64,000 nucleotides of DNA. Origin: Octopus sinensis (lineage: Eukaryota). This document shows, in pieces, positions 53,755 through 64,000 of the stretch. The DNA is taken from contig NC_043000.1 of the NCBI RefSeq assembly GCF_006345805.1, forward strand, positions 92,008,001-92,072,000, read 5' to 3'. A program made the position numbers and the translations under genes. Below the pieces are notes generated by a model. The model made no database searches. It saw nothing but the letters and a program-made list of their open reading frames with translations, and was not told the origin of the DNA. How positions within the stretch are numbered: position 1 is the stretch's first letter; the number at the start of each line of letters is the position of its first letter.

Positions 53755-54262
53755 TACATATACATATATATAATATGCATGTATATATGTATGTGTACAT
53801 ATATATGTATATATGTTTATGTATATATGTTTATGTATATATGTATATGTATATATGTGTATTCGTGTATGTGTGCATGTACCTATGTAAAAAGTGCATA
53901 TGTGTTTGACAGTATTGAATATTAAAATATATTCTTATTTTCAATAATATTCTAAAGGTCCCAATTTTATAATGTCAAATAATCAGAAAGCAGTTAGTTG
54001 CACATGTTAACACATCAGGCAACTGTTATGGTGCAGACATTTTATTAATAATACTATAGAAATAGGAACTGCACATCTGCAACTTTAAATTTTTTCTAAA
54101 TATTATGCATACACACACAGAGTACATACATACATACATAAATACATGCGTACATACATAATGTTTGCGTGTGAGTGTCTATGTATGTATATATATATAT
54201 ATATATACACACATATATATACATATATATATATATATATTATATATATATATATATACATG

Positions 54263-54300
<38 letters not shown>

Positions 54301-54739
54301 TAATGTATAGGAGTGTGTGTGTATATGTGTCTCTGCATATATGTATATATCTCTATCTGTACACACACACACATACATACATACATACATACATACAAAT
54401 AGATAGATGAATGTAAGTAGACGTATATACATTTGGACATGCATACATATATGTAAATAAATACATACATGAGTGTTGTGTATATTTATGCCTCTGATAT
54501 ACACACTGATATCCCATTTATTATTTCATCATCATCATCCCCATTATCATCACCATCACTCCTGTTTATTATTATTATTATTATTATTATTATTGTAACT
54601 TTTCTTAATTTTTTTAGTTACTCTCTTTTGTCTAAAATTTACAAATAAATCACAAAAATATTCTGACTTGGAAACTAAGTTTACTGTCAAAACAGCCTGT
54701 TTCTATAAGATTGTACTTTCTAGTATGTGGAATGAAAGT

Positions 54740-55163
54740 GACTGCTGCTGCTGCTACCCATGAATGTGATGATGGTCGTGATGGTTGTGATAGTGGTGGT
54801 GGTGCCCATGCTGTTAGTGCTGGTGCTGATGAGAATAGTGACTGTGATGACAGTGATTATGTTAATAATGACGAGAATGACAAGGATGATGATGACAAGA
54901 AGGATGACAATAATGACAGTGATAATTGGTGGTGCTGCTGATGAAGGTGACAATAATTATGATGCTGCAGCTGCTGCTGATGATGATGACAACCACGACT
55001 ACGACAACGATGATAATAATGAGGATGCTAATGATGATGACGATGATGGTGTAAGCATTGATGAAGATGAAGATGTTGATAATGATGATGATGATGTTGA
55101 TGATATTGATAATGAAGATGCTGCTGCTGCTACTCCTGATGTTGATAATGATGATGATGATTG
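54740..55163. repeat. (GAT)/(GCT)/(GAC) low-complexity tract
   Basis: Imperfect triplet repeats. Confidence 0.85.
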
Positions 55164-56559
55164 ATACAATCAGTTGATATAAAATCTTCAGAAAATGTCA
55201 ATAAAAGAAAAAAGTGACCAAAACCTGAAGAGTCAGGTTTAGATTCTTTAGAGTTCCAGCAGCATTAAATGGAATAAGTTAAGTTGTTTAAGAGTTGAAT
55301 GTAAGTAATTGGTCCCTAAATTATGGCCAAGCTGAAGGAGAGCTAACCAATATTTAGCTTCCAATCGATATTTATATAATTATATTGCAAAAAATGTTAG
55401 TTTAGCAATCTTCTGAATACCATACAGTAGGCAGTCTTTATATCCAGCTAAACAATGATGTTTTGTTTTGGGATTTGGTTTGCAAGATCTTTATATCAGT
55501 TCGTGTTTTGAAGCATATTCTGGTGTGTCTGGGTAGAGTCATTTTCTTTTTGTGACTTATAAGAGTCAAAACTATTGAAAAGGTTGCAAGATGCAACGAA
55601 AATTTTAGGAAACTAAAAATAAGAAAAAAGTGAAAATTTTACCGGTGAGTGTGTTATATTATAAGACAAAAAAAAGAAAATGACTCTCCCCAGACACAAC
55701 AGAATGATGTTTTGTTAAAATGCCAAATACCGTTTTATGTCCCTTGAAAGAACTCTTCATATAGGTGCATGTTACATACAAGCACATATATTTATATCAC
55801 TGGCAGACATTAAGTTTCTGTTATGGGTACCAGAACTGCCAGATCATGTAATTTTCACTTCCTTGGTCTCCTCAGCTGCAGACATCCAGTAGCTGCACAT
55901 CGGCCAAATCTCACTTACAATGACGTATAGAATTTCTGTGTCTTTTCAGGCAATAATGTCACAAATAGTTCACAGGCTTGTTGAAAAATAATTATTAGCT
56001 ACAAAATCAGAATTAATATCGAAAGGCAATCTTTATATCCATCTTAATGTGGATGTTTGTTAGAATGTTGAATACTGCATTTAATTACATTGAAATGACC
56101 TTTTATGTGCATAAGATGCCCCTTTTATTAGATGAACTTTTGGGTGCATAAAAGCATGCATATTTATATTGTCAGCAGATGAGAATCATCTGTTATGTAC
56201 CATGCCTCCCTATAAGAGGTCCTCTCAAGATAAATAATGCAATATTCAGTATTCTAAGTAAACAACCAGGTTAAGTTCTATATAAAGATTGCCTTTCAGG
56301 GCATTAACACTGCATCTGTTACTAATAACATTGTGCAGCAAGTAACTACAGCATAAGCCTTTGATTAGCACGATAGGAAATGACATAACAATTGTATTTC
56401 TTGCACTATAAGATTCACCACTTTGACTCAATGTAGCTTTCATTCATTTTATTGGATACAAACTCTTCACTATATATTTTCTTTGTATATTTAAAGGGTA
56501 AAGACCTCCTTTAATCATGAATGATCATGAGATTGCACCTAGAAATTTCCCCTCTGAGG

Positions 56560-56808
56560 TACAAGTCTATGGAAGGTTGTTTATGAAAGACCAGCAGTCG
56601 CCCATGCATACCAGCCTCTCCTTTCCATACCACCAATGTTATCCAATTAAAGGAAAAGGCCAATACAGTTTGGCACCAGTGATGTCTGGAGAAACATGAA
56701 ATAAAGTATCATGCTCAAGAACACAACTCACACCCTGGGCCAGGAATCGAACTCACAACCTCATGGTTGTGAACTCAATGTCCTAACCACTGAGCCATGC
56801 ACCTTCAC
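56560..56808 (-). mobile_element. tRNA-derived SINE, family E
   Basis: Minus-strand head gtgaaggtgcatggctcagtggttaggac (A box), gagttcgattcctggccc (B box), then gtgttcttgagcatgatact. Confidence 0.75.
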
Positions 56809-58132
56809 TTTGCATATTACTAATTCTTATTTCATTGAATGCAGATGGATAAAATAACAAAGAAAAAATTGATACGGAAAGAAAATTAATGAAATTTGTT
56901 TCTACTATATGCATTTAGCTAAATTTAGCAAAAATAAAAATATTAATAAAATAAAAAGCAGCTCTTATTTTCAATGAAGTAAAATATTATTAATAACAGA
57001 ATTTACTAAAGCAGGAGAAATGCAGATATGTAAACCTATAAAACTAATGCTTCTCTAAAAGGCAGGTAGTGGAAGAACTTTGTAAAATGTTAGGAAAACA
57101 AGAGATAAATCACATGTTAAATGTTAAGCTTCTTTTCTTTCTTTTTTTTGTATTTTTCTCATTTTTACATTTTTATTATATTGACATATATTTTTGCATA
57201 TGGGTGAAAAGAAGCATTTCATTTACACAGTGATATTTCATCTTGCTAATGGGTTATGTCAGTATGGAAACAAGGTCAAGCTTTCATTAGTAAAACTATT
57301 TACCATTTCATATTTACTACCAGTATATTCTTTGGCTTAGCATTCATTCTTTGGTTAAGTTGCAAATCCACAAGGTGAAAAAAGGTCAACTTTGGCAAAG
57401 CTTTAGCAGGTTTGGGTCAGATGAGAGAATTATATGTTCTGAAAATAAATTTGGATAGAGAGATATACTGAAGAAAAACATTCAATTCTTCTTTACATGA
57501 ATTTTCTTTTTCGTTTATTTTTTTTTCTCTGTTAGTTTGTTTATTTGTTTGTTTGTTGTTGTTGCTGTTGGTTGCTGCTGTATTTCTTTGGTCCAGCTGG
57601 CTGGAATTTCCTTTCCATATTTGCAAAACAAATCAAGCTGTCATTGAACATTAAATTTTCCGAAGTAGGAAAGATATATGCTTCTTGTGATGCTCATAAA
57701 ATATCTCACAAACCGGAGGATCATCGCACAAATATCGAAACATTCTAGAGAACTATTTCAAATTTTAATAAACAAAACAAGCAAATAAACCAACATATAA
57801 ATAAATAAATAAATAAATAAATAAAGCTTATTATTCTCATATCTTGGGTATGTGTTTATTGAAAGAGACTGAAATCTATAAAACATATTTCAGTTGGTCA
57901 AATTACAATAAGATTAGATTATAGATTAAGCTGATGAATTGTTACTTCATACCCCACTGTTTTTGTTTTATTCTGGAGTTTCAAAACTGCCATGGGTTAA
58001 TTTGTTTTTATCCAACATTGATCATGAGGCTGAATGTTGTGTTTGAACTTAAGGAAGACAAAGTTTATGTTGGAAATACTTTTAATTAAAGAGAAACGTG
58101 ATAGAATTAGTTATAGCATATTACGTTTAACA

Positions 58133-58176
<44 letters not shown>

Positions 58177-58179
<3 letters not shown>

Positions 58180-58704
58180 AATATAATATGTGACAATTAT
58201 TCAGTAGCCATGATAAAACTCCGAGTTTCGGATGTCGGGGTGGAAATCCATGCCGCCATCACTTCAGTTATCCGGCCATCGCAAAAATGGTTAGAAAATG
58301 TAATTTTCTCCACAAGTTTCTTAGACTATAGTTCCCTTGATGGTATACGTATGTTTTTTTCATAGAATAATCGATGTAGTAGGCGTCCATATTGAATTCT
58401 TCTGCTGGGCAGAGTCCTCAACCGATTTCTGGCGATTTTCCAAAATAAGCTGTATTAGCCCTTACGGAAAAATAGCGGTGTACGGGAGGTAACTTATTGT
58501 TAGAAATGATAAGACAACAAAAGAATGAAAGAGACCTCGATATTATGTAAATAGAGAAATTTATCTGTAAATATAATATGTGACAATTATTTGGTAGCCA
58601 TGATAAAACTCTGAGTTTCGGATGTCGGGGCGGAAACCCACGCTGCCATCTCTTCAGTTATCCGGTCATCAAAAAATGTTCTCTCTATCAGTTATCTGGC
58701 CATC
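58177..58704 (-). mobile_element. Retrozyme/pLTR-like tandem repeat, 390-nt period, one HHR per unit
   Basis: tgacaattat at 58191 and 58581; about 110-bp direct repeats containing the HHR; same family as 16048-16413. Confidence 0.8.
58597..58667 (-). ncRNA. Type I hammerhead ribozyme (CUGAAGA/GAAA, GUU site)
   Basis: gataa-CTGAAGA-gatg..catc-c-GAAA-ctc(a)gag-TT-ttatc. The sibling at 58207-58277 carries A9U. Confidence 0.7.
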
Positions 58705-58709
58705 GTGAG

Positions 58710-58745
<36 letters not shown>

Positions 58746-59289
58746 ATTATCTGATAAAGACGAAGAAGTCAAAACTTCGAAATTACTATCAAATTTTTGT
58801 AAAAGTCAATAATAACTATGTACTTTACTAAAAAATAATCAGTAATCTTTTTGTTTATTATTGAATTGTTCTAGTATATAATCTGACTAAAGAACAATAT
58901 TTTCTGGTTTTAGGGAAATATGGCTTCGTTTGGAAACAGGTGACAGGAAGGGTATCTGACCATAGAAAACCTATTTCAAAATAAACTGTCCGACTCGTGC
59001 AAGCATGGAAAATTAGAGGTTGAAATTATGATGATAATGATGACATACATGCACACATATATATGTATATCTGTGGTTGTGTATAAGTATATGTATGTAT
59101 ATATACATACACTCAAATGAAGCAAATGGGAACTGAATAGTTTTGATAAAATTGAGCACAGTCACTGCTTGTGGTTACTATGCGTCATCTGGGAGTAGTG
59201 CACGTTCGTTGCTGCATGTACTCATGGAATTCCTCAATGCACGTTGAGTGTATTCTAAACGATTAATACAGAAAAAAAAAGAGGACTAG

Positions 59290-59524
59290 AAGCTTAGTTT
59301 AGGACAACAATCGTTTCGGCTTATTTCTGCACTGCTCCTCAGTGGGTGGGAAACGATGTAATGGAATCGAAGGCACCCCATACTGCAGAAGCAACCTCCT
59401 CAGGTTTAAATAAAGTGGCTTCTTTTGCACTATAGGGTGCATTCGATTCCATTACATCGTTTCCCCACCTACTAGGGAGCAGTGCAGCAGGAAGCCGAAA
59501 CGATCGTTGTCCTAAATAAAGCTT
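59290..59524. repeat. Imperfect fold-back element (about 107-bp arms) with partial HHR motifs
   Basis: aagcttagtttaggacaac..gcaccccatactgcagaagcaacc pairs with ggcttcttttgcactatagggtgc..gttgtcctaaataaagctt; spacer about 20 nt. Confidence 0.88.
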
Positions 59525-59557
59525 GCAGTACACTTTGTTTTCCGTATTAATCTATTA

Positions 59558-59612
<55 letters not shown>

Positions 59613-59646
59613 ATATATATATAAGAATGTTAGAGGTAGTGTTTTT

Positions 59647-59705
<59 letters not shown>

Positions 59706-59747
59706 CATAGAAGTAAATACATGGCACAACGAAGTACCGATATTTAC

Positions 59748-59901
59748 TGCCAATACACTCGACTGAAACGCCAAAACGCTAACAGAACGAGAACAGTGAA
59801 GAAGTTTCAATAAAATTAGTAATGCATTACTAATTTTATTGAAACTTCTTCACCGTTCTCGTTCTGTTAGCGTTTTGGCGTTTCAGTCGAGTGTATTGGC
59901 A
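59748..59901. repeat. 154-bp spacer-less palindrome (one mismatch)
   Basis: Centre aatg|catt at 59824/59825; 77-bp arms. Confidence 0.95.
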
Positions 59902-59936
59902 TTAATGTGGTAACATCTGAAATGTTGTCGTGGTAT

Positions 59937-60016
59937 ATGTTTGGCTGATGAAGATAGATCAAGTATATGTGTGCAGGCATATCTTGAAAAATCTGAAACC
60001 GGCTCCGGTCCCACAT
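59937..60016 (+). ncRNA. Canonical type I hammerhead ribozyme (CUGAUGA, GAAA, GUC cleavage site after 60010)
   Basis: Stem I atg(tt)tgg/ccacat; core 59945-59951; extended stem II agat/atct + tcaag/cttga + atatg/catat; GAAA 59995-59998; stem III ccgg-ct-ccgg. Confidence 0.82.
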
Positions 60017-60263
60017 TATCCTTTTCTAGGTATTTCATCTTTCAGATGTTCTCCCTGGAGGTAAGACAATTTTTTTCATGTTTGTTGCACTCACGCATTT
60101 TTGCTAGTACATACGCGGTGAAGCTATACATTAGCGTCGTATTATTACGTTCGCTATTTCCAGTAAATATCGGTACTTCGTTGTGCCATATATTTACTTC
60201 TATGTATAATTTTCCCTCACGGTCTATACTTTACTGGAAAGCAATACTCTCGTATTGCATTAC

Positions 60264-60296
<33 letters not shown>

Positions 60297-60619
60297 GTGA
60301 GAAAGTTGGTGTGTGAAAGCACGTGGTTGGATATATAGAAAATAGAAGAGTGAAAAACTACAGAAGGCTTGTTTTATAAGGTTAAAGAATATATTTAAGT
60401 CGTTATGTAAGAAGAATGTTATAAAATGTTCATACAGTAACATAGTTTTTGAAGAAATGACCGGTTTCGTGTTAACTTTTCAAATTTCTCAAATGTCTTT
60501 ACCTACATCGTGTTATGTCTTCGTTATGCAGTGCAAAGGAGAGTTCCAGGTAGGGGGAGGTAATAAGCGATTTCTTCTGGTATAAGGGAGATAATCGCTT
60601 TATATTTCTTTTCCCTTAT

Positions 60620-63127
60620 TTAATGGGGTGAGTTTCTCTGTATAAGAATGTTAGAATGGTTAAGTTTAGGCTTATATTTTTCAATGAAAAATGTTTCTTT
60701 GTTTAATCTAATTTGTGTTGGTGTTCCAATAGCACATTGATAAAATGGAAAGATTAAAAACTGTGGTAGTTGTTGCTTTGCGCATTTCTCAATATGCTCA
60801 TGAAAGGGTATCATTCTGTATTCTAGGAATGCAATCTGTTGTCGATGCAGAGTGCATCTGCGTCTGAGTGATAATCCCGTGGATCCCACGTAGTTTTCAG
60901 AAGCACAAGTAAAATTAGATCTGATCTTGAATTTTTGTCCCTCTTTGAAAAGGAATTTTGATCCTTCTAGAAGGTTTGGGCATGTTGCGCAGTTTGGTCT
61001 ACCACATTTTTAAACTTTTGCATCCGTAATTTCAGAAAACAATTTTGCTTTTGTGGGAATCTTTTTAAGTGATTTAGGTTGTTTGTAGCTTTTAATGATT
61101 TTATGTATGTTTAGAATTTCCTTTAATTTGGGGTCCTTATGCAGTATTGGTAAATTCTGGGTGATGATGGTGAAGGCTTCTTTGTTTCTGGGGTTGTATG
61201 TGGATATGTAAGACAGTATTTTCGGGGAAGGTGTGTTGTTGTGTTGAACTTTTCTCAAAGTTTCTATGTCGATTTCTGTTGCACGTCTGATCCCATCCTC
61301 TATGAGTTGAACTGGGTAGTGTCTGTCAAGTAGGGTGTTTTTGAGTTCTTGTAGTCTAAAGTTCCTGGTATTTTGTTCTGACACTATTGTGCATATCCTT
61401 CTTGCAAGGTTGAAAGGGATGTTTGTTTTAGTGTGTCTTGGGTGGCATGAATCAAAAAGTAGGTATAGTTTGGCGTCTGTGGCTTTGTTAAAAATGTCTG
61501 TTTCTATTTTAAGGTTAATTTTTTTAATTAGTATATCTAAGAATGGAAGCTCATTTTGGTTGTATTCCATTGTGAACTGTATATTTGGGTTGATGCTGTT
61601 CAATAGGTTTTTGAATTTTAGGAGTTTATCTGTGTTTTCATTCCAGAGTATAAAACAATCGTCCAGGAATCTTTTCCAATTCTCTTTTATGTATTGAGAG
61701 AGGGGGTTTCCAAAGGTCGTTAAAGATACCTGGTAAACAATTATTTCCAGGTAGCCCATTGTGATTTTTTAATGGTTTCATTTATAATTTCGTTTTTATG
61801 TATTTTTGGCAGACCATAAAAGAGGCTAGGCTTGCATTTAAAGTTTGTTAGAAAGTCAATCTCTTTGGTTGTTTGTTCCTTTTCATGGGTTTTAATTAGT
61901 GAGGACAGAGTTTTCATTATTTTTTGCGGGTTGTAGTTGGTGATTTTTTCATAATGTTGATTGTCATCAAGCAAGGAAATTACAAGATTTCTATAGTATA
62001 ATGTATCCATTATTACAACTGCACTTCCTTTGTCTGCTTCCTTAATGGTTATATCTTCATCATTTTGAAGTTCTATCAGTTCCTTCCATTGTGCAGTGCT
62101 CAAATTTGAGTTAACTGTCTGTTTATGTATAGTATGGTAGGGAAAGTTCTCAATGTGGCTGCAGAACTCGTCAAGAGCTTTATTTCTTCCTCTGTGGGGG
62201 ATGTGTTCACTTTTTTTTTGACTAGTGAGTCATCTTCAGTATTGAAACTGGTTGATGCTTCTGCTAGTCTTAATTTTCTGCAGAATTCTGTTATATTGTC
62301 CTTGATTTCATTTTGGTTGGCTCTGCGTGGAGTTGGCGTAAATTTGAGCCCTTTTGAGAGGATGTCAATTTTTATGTTAGAGAGAGGTTTTGTTGAAAGG
62401 TTGATTATCTTCGGTTTTTCCTTATTACTAGGTTCCAGCCTGTGTCCTGGTGTCTCTGGTCCCGAGCTAAAAAATGTTGGGTGTAATTTTGTTTATATGA
62501 GTTGTCTGTGAGATTGTGTGATATTGGTTTGGGGGAACGGTGGTATTGTTGCCCCAGATCGTTGTGTGTGTATGTGAGTATCTATGGTAGTTTTCGTTTG
62601 TGATGTGTGTAAAGTTTCTGTATGTGATATATTTTTGTTTCGAATTGCTTGTATGTGGATGTTGCTTGACTTAGTGTTTTTGTGTTTGTCTTGTGTTCGG
62701 TGGGGACCAGTAATTTTGGTTCATGAGGTAGTAGCGACTTGCGTGTGGTGTTTTTCTTATTCTAGTGTTATTTTGTGCTGTTATGTGGTGGTTAGGTCTG
62801 GTATTAGGATGTTGTTGGCGTGTTCTGTTCTTGGTGTAATCTATTTCATAAATGCGTTGTCTGTCAGCTTGTTCCCTGTTAAGTCTTGCGTGGTTCAAAA
62901 ATGTTGGTTGTGGGTGATTTCTGTTTCTAGTGTATGGAGGATAATTGGGGGTGGTTTGTGGGTTGTTCGGTTTTTGTTTGTTATTTCTTGTTATTTTCTT
63001 TAGAAAAGGATTATCTGTACTCAATTTATTTTTGAAAATTGATGCATATCTTTGGAAGAAATCGTTGCATTTTTCCCAGCGTAGGAGAGTTTCTTTCTTC
63101 TTTTCACAGATTTCCTTCCAATGATTT
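60620..63127 (-). pseudogene. Penelope-like RT/GIY-YIG ORF, fragmented
   Basis: ORF pieces 62671-63024, 61741-62103, 61010-61759 and 60620-60889. The central RT motifs between PKIHK and the MG motif are missing, as is part of the GIY hairpin. Confidence 0.88.
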
Positions 63128-63147
63128 ACACGATGTAGGTAAAAACA

Positions 63148-63193
63148 TTTGAGAAATTTGAAAAGTTAACACGAAACCGGTCATTTCTTCAAA
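63148..63193 (+). ncRNA. Minimal type I hammerhead with U3:A8 core (UUGAAAA); identical copy on the minus strand at 60448-60493
   Basis: tttga-gaaat-TTGAAAA-gt-taac-ac-GAAA-ccgg-TC-atttc-t-tcaaa; 10-bp stem I; palindromic CCGG stem III; GUC site. Confidence 0.7.
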
Positions 63194-63320
63194 AACTATG
63201 TTACTGTATGAAAACTTTTATAACATTCTTCTAACATAACGACTTAAATATATTATTTAACCTTATAAAACAAGCCTTCTGTAGTTTTTTCACTCTTTTC
63301 TATTTTCAATATATATATAT

Positions 63321-63687
63321 ATTCGGCATGATAGATCGCTAGCCACTACACACTCTTTATTTTCTCTCCTTGTTTCTTTCTGTGTTCCTTTCTGTGGAAG
63401 AGCGTAGGCTCGAAACGTTAAAGACTTTTTCACTCCCTGGGCATTAAACTAATACGTCTGTTTGTAGTCTATACCACCTGTCTTCGTCTTTTGTTTTTTT
63501 TTGTGAATTGTCCCCCCTCTCTCTCTCTCTCTATATATATATATAAATATATATATATATTAGTTTAATGCTCGGTAAGTGAAAAAGTCTTTAACGTTTC
63601 GAGCCCACGCTCTTCCACAGAAAGGAACACAGAAAGAAACAAGGAGAGAAAATAAAGAATATGTAGTGGTTAGCGATCTATAATGCC

Positions 63688-63692
<5 letters not shown>
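63321..63692. mobile_element. Inverted pair of about 133-bp terminal-repeat fragments with HHR-like motif (CUGUGGA core)
   Basis: 63321-63454 (+) and 63560-63692 (-); cttt-CTGTGGA-a-gagc-gtag-gctc-GAAA-cg-TT-aaag at 63388-63423 and mirrored at 63589-63624. Confidence 0.75.
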
Positions 63693-63771
<79 letters not shown>

Positions 63772-64000
63772 ATATATACACACACACATGGTTTGATATT
63801 GTTTTGCTGCTTCTTATATCTGCATAACTAATGGTAAATATGTTTTAAACTATTAAAACTGTTCTTACACATTGTAGTAAAATCTAGTGGGTTGTGCATC
63901 TCAGGGTTTTGAGACATTAGCATGGTAAATTATAGATTCAACTTTGTATAAATTACCCAATAAGTATAAGTCATTATTTTGGCAGTTGCAGTCATGTCAT

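Larger units (their letters stand above)
60297..63312 (-). mobile_element. Penelope-like retroelement, 5'-truncated, with inverted terminal-repeat copy and internal deletions
   Basis: IKEADKGSAVVIM, FYGLPKIHK, WKRFLDD, LPFLDI, SCHP, CGRPNCATC linker, FTCASEN-YVGSTG..RCTLH (GIY-YIG). About 180-bp inverted repeats at 60333-60513 and 63128-63312. Confidence 0.92.

Noticed and set aside
55516-55706. Short inverted repeat (attctggtgtgtctgggtagagtcattttc / gaaaatgactctccccagacacaacagaat), with a fragment also near 34296-34328
   Set aside because: Probably part of an old MITE, but termini and TSD could not be defined, so it is not called as a feature.
57545-57748. Plus-strand ORF GPAGWNFLSIFAKQIK.. 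as an exon
   Set aside because: No recognisable family, and alternative frames on both strands are equally plausible.

Overview
Very AT-rich, repeat-saturated eukaryotic DNA. It is probably from an octopod cephalopod; this is inferred from the SINE families and the extreme (TA)n/(CA)n/(TAGA)n microsatellite load. No host protein-coding gene can be called with confidence, and most ORFs in the supplied track are translated microsatellites. Supported content: (1) a full-length but decayed hAT (ZMYM1/Tip100-like) DNA transposon with TIRs and a perfect 8-bp TSD (230-3692); (2) two Penelope-like retroelements (RT + GIY-YIG), one per strand; (3) a head-to-tail cluster of R4/Dong-type RLE LINEs tied to (TAA)n/poly(A) tracts, including a ~795-codon open frame; (4) RTE LINE relics, mariner derivatives, a Charlie-type MITE and many tRNA-derived SINEs. 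The most striking unannotated signal is a dense set of hammerhead-ribozyme (HHR) motifs from about five unrelated sequence families, plus two incomplete HHR-like motifs. They include a canonical type I HHR (59937-60016), a U3:A8 compensatory core variant present in both terminal repeats of a Penelope-like element, and a 390-nt retrozyme-like tandem unit. Several sit in fold-back palindromes that place an HHR on both strands. All RNA structures were paired by eye and need covariance-model or biochemical confirmation.
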